The translations under genes and the position numbers were made by a program. The notes below the pieces were generated by a model. The model did not search any database. It was not told where the DNA came from and worked only from the letters and a program-made list of their open reading frames with translations. A stretch of 64,000 bases of DNA from an uncultured delta proteobacterium (lineage in GTDB: Bacteria; Myxococcota_A; Polyangia; Polyangiales; Polyangiaceae), in NCBI GenBank assembly GCA_963782055.1, contig CAWAIF010000003.1, positions 800,001 through 864,000 on the forward strand. The letters are read 5' to 3'. Shown here piece by piece: positions 10,716 to 19,228 of this stretch (position 1 is the stretch's first letter; the number at the start of each line of letters is the position of its first letter).

Positions 10716-12632
10716 ATGAGGCCGTTCATGATCGCCCGCTCTCCGCGAAGACGATTCGCCGCGCTCGTGCTGTCCGTCTGCATGGGCATCGTCGGGCTGG
10801 GGCTCGTCCCTGGCTGCGACGGCGCGGACTCTCCCGGTGACCCCACGACAGCGGATGCAGGCTCGAGCTCGGCGGCCGACATCGTGAGCTTCACGATCAA
10901 CGGCTCCGCGGCGACGATCACGGGGACCGACATCACGCTCGTGCTCCCCGCCGGCACGGACCTGAAGGCGCTGGCCCCGACCATCGTCACCTCCCCCGGC
11001 GCCACCGTGAGCCCCGCCTCCGGCAGCCAGGTCGATTTCACCTCGCCGGTCAGCTTCACGGTGACGGCGGCGGACAACAAGACGTCGAAGGTCTACGTCG
11101 CGACCGTCACCGTCCCCGCGTACCTGCGAGCCTTCTACGTCTCCAACGACGGCGACGACTCCGCGTCCGGGACCACCCCCGCGACGGCGTGGAAGACCAT
11201 CGCGCACGTCAACGGGCTCACGACGCTGGCGCCCGGCGACGCCGTCCTCTTCGAGCGAGGAGGCACGTGGCGCGAGACCCTGGTCGTGCCGGCGTCGGGG
11301 GACGACACCAACGACATCACCTTCGGCAACTACGTGGGGAATCACGGGACCGCCAAGCCGAAGATCCTCGGCTCGGTTCAAGTGGCCGGCTGGACGGAGA
11401 CGAGCCCCAACAGCCACGTGTGGCAGTCCACCAACACCTTCCAGGACCCCAGCACGCAGCCGGCGATCGCGGACATCTTCTTCGACGCTGCGGGCGCCGT
11501 CACCTGGGGTATGTACGAGAGCGCCGGCACGAGCGCCCTGAAGGCGGAGTATCAGTGGACCTGGAGCGGGGGCTCCATCTACGTCTACGGAGCGAGCGAC
11601 CCGGGCAAGAAGTACACCGCCGTCGAGGTGCCGCAGAACAAGTACGGGTTCGACCTGAACAACGAGCAGCACCTGCACTTCGACGGGATCGACGTCTCGT
11701 ACACGCGATGGTCGGGGTACGGGTACAACAACTCGAAGTTCAGCCAGAACGAGCGATTCGGGCTGACCATCGAGAACGCCGAGATCTCCTACCTGGGCTC
11801 CTACATGGCCGTGAACGGCATCACCGACATCTCGATCGGCGACGTCGGCTACGGGACCGAGCTCGCCTACACGAACATGATCGTCCGCAACAACAAGATT
11901 CACGATTGCGGACGAAGGGGCCTCTCCTTTCACCTGTACGGGAACGGGTTCACCGCCAAGAACATCCTGATCGAGGGCAACGAGTTCTTCGACGGCTCCC
12001 ACACGACGGGGCCCGACTTCAGCGTGGGCACGGGCTACACGGCCAGCATCAGCGACGTGATCATCCGCAACAACCTGATCTACGAGAACCCGGGGAGAGC
12101 CGCCAACATCCACTCCGAGCTGATGTTCTTCCAGAATCGCGTGAGCTCGGCCACCCTCGGGAACGTGTCGATCTACAACAACGTCTTCAGGTTCGCGAAC
12201 GGCTACGGCATCTTGGCTGAGGGGGTTTTGGGCTCGCTGAAGATCTTCCACAACGTGTTTGACGGCTTCAACACCATCGGCACCGCGCAGATCAGCGTGC
12301 AGAACAACGGGCAGGACGCCCACGCGACGATCAAGGACAACGTGTTCTACTCGGCGAGCAAGAAGGGTACCGGCGTGGAGACGTACGGCGGCCAGAACGT
12401 CGCGTTGGTCGACAGCGCGTACAACGTCTTCTTCAACACCAAGTCCACCCTCGGGGCCGAAACGGGCAGCCTGACCGCCGACCCCATGTTCGTGGACCCG
12501 GCGACGTACGACTTTCACTTGCAGGCTGGCTCCCCGGCGATCAACGCGGGAACGGACGTCGGGATCGCCTCCGACCGCGACGGCAATCCACGCGTGGGCG
12601 CGCCGGACATCGGTGCGTACGAGTTCCAGTGA
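10716..12632 (+). CDS. Lipoprotein: DUF5018-like Ig domain, right-handed beta-helix, choice-of-anchor-Q-like C-terminus
   Basis: Lipobox VPGC; DIVSFTING...SPGATVSPASG..DFTSPVSFTVTAAD; YVSNDGDDSASGT..AWKTI..PGDAVLFERG; IRNNLIY/IYNNVF repeats; ADPMFVD..DFHLQAGSPAINAG..DIGAYE. Confidence 0.8.
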   Translation: MRPFMIARSPRRRFAALVLSVCMGIVGLGLVPGCDGADSPGDPTTADAGSSSAADIVSFTINGSAATITGTDITLVLPAGTDLKALAPTIVTSPGATVSPASGSQVDFTSPVSFTVTAADNKTSKVYVATVTVPAYLRAFYVSNDGDDSASGTTPATAWKTIAHVNGLTTLAPGDAVLFERGGTWRETLVVPASGDDTNDITFGNYVGNHGTAKPKILGSVQVAGWTETSPNSHVWQSTNTFQDPSTQPAIADIFFDAAGAVTWGMYESAGTSALKAEYQWTWSGGSIYVYGASDPGKKYTAVEVPQNKYGFDLNNEQHLHFDGIDVSYTRWSGYGYNNSKFSQNERFGLTIENAEISYLGSYMAVNGITDISIGDVGYGTELAYTNMIVRNNKIHDCGRRGLSFHLYGNGFTAKNILIEGNEFFDGSHTTGPDFSVGTGYTASISDVIIRNNLIYENPGRAANIHSELMFFQNRVSSATLGNVSIYNNVFRFANGYGILAEGVLGSLKIFHNVFDGFNTIGTAQISVQNNGQDAHATIKDNVFYSASKKGTGVETYGGQNVALVDSAYNVFFNTKSTLGAETGSLTADPMFVDPATYDFHLQAGSPAINAGTDVGIASDRDGNPRVGAPDIGAYEFQ

Positions 12633-12669
12633 AGGGCGCGCGGCCAGGATGACGGACTGAGCGGCCGCT

Positions 12670-15135
12670 CTACCCCTCCAAGATCGCCGGATCCATCCCC
12701 GCCCGCCGCACCAACTCGGCCAGCCGCGTCTCGTCCACGCACGCCTGCGCGATCGCCGAGAGCGCGCGCAGGTGCTCCTCCGGCTGGTCCAGCGGGCTCA
12801 CGAGCAGCAGCACCACGTGCGCCGGGCGCTCCAGGTTGGGGAAGCGCACTCCCTCGCGCGAGAGGCCGAGGAAGAGCAGCGGGCGGTTCACGCCCTTCAC
12901 CCTCACGTGGGGCAGCACCACCCCCGGCTTGAGCTCCGGCGCGTCGTCGCGCAGGGCGAGCGTCAGCGCGGAGAGGATCCGCTCGCGTCGCGCCTCCGTC
13001 TCGTGCGGGTCGCTGGCGAGCAGCTCCCGCAGCGCGTCCTCGTACCCCGACGGCAGGTTCGCCACCACGCGCTCGGGGGTGAGGTAGGCGTCCAGGGAGC
13101 CCTCCTCCGCCGGCTCGGGCTGCCGCTCCTCGCCGGTGGGCTCGCCGGGGTAGACGAACATCAGCGGCACCGCGCTCGTCGCCCCGACGACCAGCCGGGC
13201 GAGCCGATCGAGCCGGGCGTTCCACGCGAGCGTGCCACGCCGCGCGTGCAGCAGCACGACGAGGTCGTCGCGGTGCACCAGGTATTCCAGGCGCTCGCGC
13301 AGCCCGCGCGACGTCACCGGGGGGAGAAACTCGGTCGGGACCGCGGGCTTCATCGCCCCCACGTCGCGCGCGATCGCCTTGCCGTCCTCGTCGATCACCA
13401 GGACGTTCATCTTCGCGTCGAGCTGGTGGGCGAGGCGGCGGATGGTGCGCATCGCCTCCGGGAAGCCGGGCCCGTGGTTGGCGAGCTGCGGCACGAGCAC
13501 CAGCACGCGGTTGACGGCGTTGAGCGCGCCCGGCAGACGCGCCACCACCAGCTGCACGCGCGTGCGCTCGAGGAGCTGGTCGAGCACGCTGCCGAAGACC
13601 GCCGACGGGGCGCCCGACCGGCTGTCCCACCCGAGGACCACGGTGGACGCGCGGCGCTCGGCGACGCCACGGGCGATGCCGCTCGCCACGTTGTGGTCCA
13701 CGCGGGTGACCGCGTGCACCGGCACCGACGCCCCCGACGCCCGCAGCACCGCGTGACCGAGCATGCGCTCGGCGCGCGCCACGCCCGCCTCGATGCCCTC
13801 GCCCTCGTCGCCCACCACCATCAGCGGCAGGAGCGGCTCGGTGGAGCCGGTGGGCCGGAGCAGGATGGCCAGGTCGACCAGCGCGTCGCGGCTGGTCGGG
13901 TTGGAGATGGGCACGATGATGCGCGTCGGCGCCTCCCCCGACGGCCTGGCGCGCTCCTCGCGCAGCGCCATCTCGCGCCCCCAGCGCGTCACGGCCCAGG
14001 GGCCCAGGCCGCACGTCACGATGATGATGACCACCACCGCGTCGACGGCGGGGAGGCCGAACAGGCCGAGGTCGTAGCCGACCAGGGCGATGGCCATCGT
14101 CGCTGCGGCGCGCGAGACCGAGAGGCCGAACATGACCCAGCCGTCCTCCGCCGGAAAGCGGAAGAGCTTCTGCGTGACGATCGCCGCGAGGCCCTTGGCC
14201 AGGATGACGCTGCCGGTGAGCGCCGCGATGGCGCGCCACGCCTCCTCGTGCACGAAGGCGCGCACGTCCACCAGCATGCCCACCGAGAGCAGGAAGAAGG
14301 GGACGAAGAGGGTCGTCGCGGCGAAGCGGATGCGGCTCATCAGCGCGCTCTGCTCCGGCACGAAGCGGTTGAGGGCGAAGCCGGCGAGCAGCGCGCCGAT
14401 GAGCGGCTCGATGCCGAGCACGTCGGCGCCGTAGGAGCAGGCGAAGAGCATCGCGAGGGCGAAGGCGAAGTCCAGCTCGCCGCCCGCGCCGAAGCGGCGG
14501 AAGAACCACCGCGCGAGGCGCGGCAGGCCGAGCAGGATGAGGGCGGCGTACGCGGGGAGCATTCCGGCGAGCCGTATCCAGAGGGCGATGCCCGCCCCTC
14601 CCTGCCGGATCCCGGCGACCACCGCGAGCACCAGGACGGCCAGGGTGTCGGTGATGAAGGTGCCGCCCAGGACGGTGGTGACCGCCGGCGTCTTCACGAT
14701 GCCGAGGCGGCTCGCGATGGGATACGCGACGAGGGTGTGCGAGGCGAACATGGCGCCGAGCAGCAGCGCGGCGTGCCACCCGTAGCCGAGGGCGAGGGAG
14801 ACGCCCCCGCCGATGACGAGCGGGAAGAAGAAGGACGTCAGGCCGAAGATCAGGCTCGGACGCCTGTGGCGGCGGAACTGCTCCATGTCCAGCTCGAGGC
14901 CGACCAGGAACATGAGGTAGAGCAGTCCGAGGGTGCCGAGGAGCTGGATGGCCTCGCCGCGCCGCAGCAGGTTGACGCCGTTCGGCCCGACGACCGCGCC
15001 GACCAGGATGAGGCCGATGAGGCCCGGCACGCGCATGCGCTCGAAGAACGTCGGCACGACGAGGAACACCGCCGTCGCGATGGCGAAGAAGAGCACCGGG
15101 TCGGTGGTCGGGAACGCGGGCAGGTGGAGGTGCAT
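12670..15135 (-). CDS. CPA2 cation:proton antiporter with USP-like domains and C-terminal PTS EIIA-like domain
   Basis: About 12-13 TM helices, GLELD, SHTLVAYPI, TDT; RIIVPISNP (USP-like); ELKPGVVLPHVR...HLRALSAIA (EIIA type 2). Confidence 0.85.
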   Translation of the reverse strand: MHLHLPAFPTTDPVLFFAIATAVFLVVPTFFERMRVPGLIGLILVGAVVGPNGVNLLRRGEAIQLLGTLGLLYLMFLVGLELDMEQFRRHRRPSLIFGLTSFFFPLVIGGGVSLALGYGWHAALLLGAMFASHTLVAYPIASRLGIVKTPAVTTVLGGTFITDTLAVLVLAVVAGIRQGGAGIALWIRLAGMLPAYAALILLGLPRLARWFFRRFGAGGELDFAFALAMLFACSYGADVLGIEPLIGALLAGFALNRFVPEQSALMSRIRFAATTLFVPFFLLSVGMLVDVRAFVHEEAWRAIAALTGSVILAKGLAAIVTQKLFRFPAEDGWVMFGLSVSRAAATMAIALVGYDLGLFGLPAVDAVVVIIIVTCGLGPWAVTRWGREMALREERARPSGEAPTRIIVPISNPTSRDALVDLAILLRPTGSTEPLLPLMVVGDEGEGIEAGVARAERMLGHAVLRASGASVPVHAVTRVDHNVASGIARGVAERRASTVVLGWDSRSGAPSAVFGSVLDQLLERTRVQLVVARLPGALNAVNRVLVLVPQLANHGPGFPEAMRTIRRLAHQLDAKMNVLVIDEDGKAIARDVGAMKPAVPTEFLPPVTSRGLRERLEYLVHRDDLVVLLHARRGTLAWNARLDRLARLVVGATSAVPLMFVYPGEPTGEERQPEPAEEGSLDAYLTPERVVANLPSGYEDALRELLASDPHETEARRERILSALTLALRDDAPELKPGVVLPHVRVKGVNRPLLFLGLSREGVRFPNLERPAHVVLLLVSPLDQPEEHLRALSAIAQACVDETRLAELVRRAGMDPAILEG

Positions 15136-15234
15136 CGTCGGCGTGGAGCCGCGCAGCGCACGCGCGCCGCCTGGCGGATCGACGGATGGTTCACCGCGGG
15201 CGGCGGGATGTCGAGGAGATCAGGAGCGTCGGGG

Positions 15235-15468
15235 TCAGTGGGTGATGATCGGTGGCTTCACGAACGCGTCGACCGCGGCGTCGGTGCCGGGTGGCGGGAG
15301 CGCGGAGTCGAACGACGCATCGGGAACGCCCGTGGTGGCGTCGGGGGGGGCCACGTCCACGGCCGCGTCGTCGCCCCCGCCGGCGTCTCTGTCGACCACG
15401 GCGCCCCCGCAGCGCGAGGACGCGAGACCCGACAGGACGATGGCGGCAAACAACCTGTGACGCATCAT
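15235..15468 (-). CDS. Small Asp/Ala-rich lipoprotein (77 aa)
   Basis: ATGA overlap with the upstream gene; MMRHRLFAAIVLSGLASSRCGG lipobox-like; repeated DA[G/A/T/S/F]; ends KPPIITH. Confidence 0.6.
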   Translation of the reverse strand: MMRHRLFAAIVLSGLASSRCGGAVVDRDAGGGDDAAVDVAPPDATTGVPDASFDSALPPPGTDAAVDAFVKPPIITH

Positions 15469-16169
15469 GCTCCAACCTCCGTCGCGCGCACTTGCTCGAG
15501 CGCCGCGCGAGCGCGCGACGTGTCGAGCCCGGCCTCGTCGAAGCCCGCCAGCACGAGCGTGCCGACCGCGTCGCAGGCGACGGCGCGCGTCTCGCCCAGC
15601 GAGAGCACGCCGTGCTCGTGCGCTCCCTCCGGGAGGACGTGGGCCTTTGGCCCCATCCAGACGCGGAGCGTGGCCCGGACCATGGTCGAAAGATAGGCGC
15701 CGACAATCGCGCGAAACGGCCGGAACGCGGGCGAGCCGACGAACGCCCACCCGGTGCGCGCGTGGAGGATCTCGTCGCCGAGCAGCTCCCGCAGCGCCGC
15801 GCGCGCGGCCGGCTCGACCGCCACGGCGTGCGACCGCTCGAGCCACGCGTTGGCCACCGTCTCGCTCATGCACGCGTGGCTCACGAGCGCGAGCGCCGCG
15901 CGCTCCTCGGGCGACACGCCTTCGAGACGGAGCTCCTCGCTCGACACCGCGCCCGGCCAGCGGGCGTCACCGCCGTGCCGCCGCGACATCTCGAGGCACA
16001 GGTTCGCATGCCGGAGCTCGTCGCCCGGCGCGCGCGCCAGCATCTCGAGGACCGAGGCCGGAAACCCTGCCGCGATCGCGTCGGTCACGAGGCGCGCCGA
16101 GTAGCTCGCGACGGCGAGCTCACTCTCCGCGCGCTCCTTCCAGTGGTTGGCGAGCCACACGGTACCCAT
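15465..16169 (-). CDS. Ferritin-like (di-iron four-helix bundle) protein
   Basis: WKERAESE, DELRHANLC, ACMSET, LGDEILHARTGW: two E...ExxH sets. Confidence 0.75.
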   Translation of the reverse strand: MGTVWLANHWKERAESELAVASYSARLVTDAIAAGFPASVLEMLARAPGDELRHANLCLEMSRRHGGDARWPGAVSSEELRLEGVSPEERAALALVSHACMSETVANAWLERSHAVAVEPAARAALRELLGDEILHARTGWAFVGSPAFRPFRAIVGAYLSTMVRATLRVWMGPKAHVLPEGAHEHGVLSLGETRAVACDAVGTLVLAGFDEAGLDTSRARAALEQVRATEVGA

Positions 16170-16260
16170 AGGGCGAGAGTGAACCCGATCGTCGAACGTG
16201 TCACTCCCCAGGCGTCACCTCGCGGTCATCACCACCGCGCCCTCGCCGCCGCTCTGCCGC

Positions 16261-16551
16261 TCAGCTCCTGGCGCTCTCGCCCGGCGTGTAGCCCGACCGG
16301 GAGATCAGGTAGTGCCCGGCGCGCAAGAGCGCGAGCGAGGCGACCGTGATGCCGAGAGTTGCCGCGAGGGTGAGCGCGAGGCCGGCGTGCTGAATGGACG
16401 ACCAGAACGAGCCGGCGACGATCGCCATGCCCACGGCGATGAAGCGCGTGAGGGTGGGCATGAGCTCGTCGTGAGCGCGAACGAGGCGGAGCGAGATCTC
16501 CCCGGTCACGATGCCAATGAGCACGTACGCGAAAATGGTGATGTCTCCCAT
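16261..16551 (-). CDS. Small membrane protein (3 TM)
   Basis: SD AGGAGG upstream on the minus strand; three hydrophobic segments. Confidence 0.65.
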   Translation of the reverse strand: MGDITIFAYVLIGIVTGEISLRLVRAHDELMPTLTRFIAVGMAIVAGSFWSSIQHAGLALTLAATLGITVASLALLRAGHYLISRSGYTPGESARS

Positions 16552-16612
16552 GCCGACCTCCTGATGGCCCTTCCGCCAGGGTCAGGCGGTTGGCGCGTGT
16601 CGCCGCAGGAAG

Positions 16613-16628
16613 TGCACGCCACGTGCCA
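16613..16628 (-). promoter_or_regulatory. Putative sigma54 promoter
   Basis: Minus strand TGGCACGTGGCGTGCA (TGGCAC, GG-N10-GC), about 60 nt upstream of ATG 16551. Confidence 0.6.
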
Positions 16629-16813
16629 CGCCGGCGCTTCCGTCGGGAAACCGTGGAACCCGCGGCGGCCAGTCGAGCGCATGGCTGGCTCGCGGCAAAT
16701 CACCGCGCGCCTGGTGCACACCCGACGCACGCGCTGCGCGCGCGAGACCGGACGCGCACTCGCTTCGCCTGCATCGTCCGCGACGGCTTGCTCTCGCGCG
16801 CCGCGAGGAGCGG

Positions 16814-17077
16814 CTACGCCTTGCCGGCGGTGCTGGCGCGGTCGGCGGCCGAAAGCGCGAAGACCAGGACGTTCGCGAGCAGCAAGGTGCCCGCCGTCGC
16901 GGCGACGATGAGCATCCCGCTCCGACCGGTGGGCGTCTCGGTGTACGGGATCGGCTGAACGCCTTCGCTCGTCCGGACCCACGCCAGGAGGTCCGAAGCG
17001 AAGTCGAACACGACGAAGGTCAGCAGCGCCTGGTACGCGATGATCGACGCGAGGAGTACCTTGTAGCGAGCGGCCAT
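16814..17077 (-). CDS. Small membrane protein (2 TM)
   Basis: MAARYKVLLASIIAYQALLTFVVFDF... and GMLIVAATAGTLLLANVLVFAL. Confidence 0.6.
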   Translation of the reverse strand: MAARYKVLLASIIAYQALLTFVVFDFASDLLAWVRTSEGVQPIPYTETPTGRSGMLIVAATAGTLLLANVLVFALSAADRASTAGKA

Positions 17078-17126
17078 GGATCGCCGGGTTAGCACGCCCT
17101 GCGCTCTGCGTGCTCGACCGGGTGGA

Positions 17127-18047
17127 TCAGGCGCCCAGAAAAGCCAGCGTCGCCTCCGCGAAGGCCTGCGTCGCATCCACGTGCATGAAGTGGGAGCCCC
17201 GCTCCACCCGCACGAACGGCGCGTCGGGAAACAGGGCGTGGAAGCGGTCGCCCACCACGGCCGGCACCATCGGATCCTTCGCTGCGTAGAGGAAGAGCAG
17301 GGGCACCGGGAACTTGCCGCCCAGGCCGCGGAGTGTCGCCTCGAAGTCGCGCATCGCGCGCACGTCCAGCGTCTGCCGGAGCATGCGCAGGAACGCCCTG
17401 CGCCCCTCCGGCGTGCGAAGCGGCTCGGCGTACTCGCGGTGCTCCTCGCGCGACTTGAGCGTCTCGTCGAAGTAGTGGACGTTCTTGTGGACCCAGCGCT
17501 CCGGATCGCGCGCGACGCGCGAGTCCACGACGCCGAGGGCGAAGGGCGCGAGGGCGAGCGCCCAGCGCAGCGCGGTCATGCGCGCCGTCGGCAGGCCGGG
17601 CGAGTGGACGTTCACCAGCTTGCTCATGCTGCCCGCGTCGAGGAGCGCGAGGCGCATGGCGAGGTAGCCGCCGAGCGAGTTGCCGACGACGGGCGCGCCC
17701 CGGATGCCCAGCGCGCTCATCGTCTCCCCGATGGACGTGGCCAGCGCGTCCGGTCCGTAGTCGGCGTCGGGCTTGCTGGAGCGCCCGGCGCCCACCAGAT
17801 CGGGCGCGTAGCAGGTGAAGTGCTCGCCCAGCGGCGCGAGGGCGTAGCGCCAGGAGTAGCTGGTGGTCATGAAACCGTGCACGAGCAAGAGCGGCGGGCC
17901 GCTCCCGTGCACGCGCACGTGCACGTCCACCTTGCCGAAGGGGGTGGAGTCGAAGCTCACCGTCTCGGCGCGCGCGGCGAAGTAGCCGTGCGGGAGCCGC
18001 GGCTCGTCGGGTACGTCCTCGAAGGCGAGCTGGTGGAAGGGGGTCAC
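17127..18047 (-). CDS. Alpha/beta hydrolase
   Basis: GTG start overlapping the upstream stop; LLVHGF, APDLVGAGRS, GNSLGG nucleophile, AKDPMV, GSHFMH. Confidence 0.9.
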   Translation of the reverse strand: MTPFHQLAFEDVPDEPRLPHGYFAARAETVSFDSTPFGKVDVHVRVHGSGPPLLLVHGFMTTSYSWRYALAPLGEHFTCYAPDLVGAGRSSKPDADYGPDALATSIGETMSALGIRGAPVVGNSLGGYLAMRLALLDAGSMSKLVNVHSPGLPTARMTALRWALALAPFALGVVDSRVARDPERWVHKNVHYFDETLKSREEHREYAEPLRTPEGRRAFLRMLRQTLDVRAMRDFEATLRGLGGKFPVPLLFLYAAKDPMVPAVVGDRFHALFPDAPFVRVERGSHFMHVDATQAFAEATLAFLGA

Positions 18048-19228
18048 AGGATTCGCTTCAAGGTATCTGCAAGATGCACGTATTCTTCCCGCGCGTTGTA
18101 TGCCTGCGCGGAGACGCGCAGCACGCGCTTCGGCGGCGCGGGCCAGGGCACCACCGGCACCTCGATGCGGTGCTGCTCGAAGAGCACGTCCTGCAGCGGG
18201 TCGCCGTAGAGGGACCGCGCGGGCACCGTGGGGTCGCCGTCGGGCAGGCAGACCGCGGCGAGGGTGCCGATCATGGAGTCCGGGCAGGGCGGCCTCTGCC
18301 CGAGCGCCGCGCACAGGATGCCGCTCGCCTCCAGGGCGAGGGCGCGGTTCTTCTCCATCAGCTCCGGCCAGCCGCCGGGGTGGAGGGTGCCCAGGAAGTC
18401 TATCGCCGCCGGGATGCAGAGCTGCGGGGAGGGGTCGCTCGTGCCCGTCCAGTCCATCTCCAGCAGGAAGCGGCTGCGGTCCTCGCGCGGGGAGTTGGCG
18501 CCGTGGCTGATGACCAGCGGCCGGATCCCGTTGCGCCGGTCCTCGCGCACGTAGAGGAAGGCGGACCCCTTCGGCGTGCAGAGCCACTTGTGGCAGTTGG
18601 CAGTGTAGAAGGGCACGCCCAGCGCGCCGATGTCCAGCGGCACCATCCCCGGCGCGTGCGCGCCATCGACCAGCAGATCCACGCCGCGCGCATCCAGCTC
18701 TCGCGCGAGCCGCGCCAGGGGCATCACCATCCCGGTGGGGCTGGTGACGTGGTCCAGCAGGCAGAGGCGGGTGCGCGGGGTGACGGCCTCCATGACGGCC
18801 GCCACCACGGCGTCCTCCGAGGGGGCGGGGAAGGGGACGCGCGTCACCACCACCGTGGCGCCCGCGGCGGCGGCGACGAAGTCCAGCGCGTTCTTGCAGG
18901 CGTTGTACTCGTGGTCGGTGGTGAGCAGCTCGTCGCCGGCGGCGAAGCGCAGCGAGCGCAGCACGGTGTTCACCCCGGTCGTGGCGTTGGGGACGAAGGC
19001 GATGCCGCCGGGCTGGGCGCCGACGAAGCGGCCGAGGACCTCGCGCGCGGCGTCCAGGTGGCCCTCCAGCTCGCGCACGAAGAAGGTGACCGGCTCGGCC
19101 TCCATGCGCGCGCGCCACCGCGACTGCGCTTCCAGGACGGGGATGGGCGTCGCCCCGAACGACCCGTGGTTGAGGAAGGTGATGCTCGGGTCGAGCGTCC
19201 AGTGCGCCGCGAGGGGCGACCGGCTCAT
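18044..19228 (-). CDS. Class V PLP enzyme (isopenicillin N epimerase / cysteine desulfhydrase / Egt2-like)
   Basis: FLNHGSFGATP, FVPNATTG, HEYNA, DHVTSPTG, DGAHAPG, NCHKWLCTPKG, WTGTSD, RVSAQAYN. Confidence 0.88.
   Translation of the reverse strand: MSRSPLAAHWTLDPSITFLNHGSFGATPIPVLEAQSRWRARMEAEPVTFFVRELEGHLDAAREVLGRFVGAQPGGIAFVPNATTGVNTVLRSLRFAAGDELLTTDHEYNACKNALDFVAAAAGATVVVTRVPFPAPSEDAVVAAVMEAVTPRTRLCLLDHVTSPTGMVMPLARLARELDARGVDLLVDGAHAPGMVPLDIGALGVPFYTANCHKWLCTPKGSAFLYVREDRRNGIRPLVISHGANSPREDRSRFLLEMDWTGTSDPSPQLCIPAAIDFLGTLHPGGWPELMEKNRALALEASGILCAALGQRPPCPDSMIGTLAAVCLPDGDPTVPARSLYGDPLQDVLFEQHRIEVPVVPWPAPPKRVLRVSAQAYNAREEYVHLADTLKRIL

Noticed and set aside
18044..19228. Beta-lactam biosynthetic cluster (cefD)
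   Set aside because: No ACV synthetase, IPNS or expandase nearby; the family is widespread with other functions.
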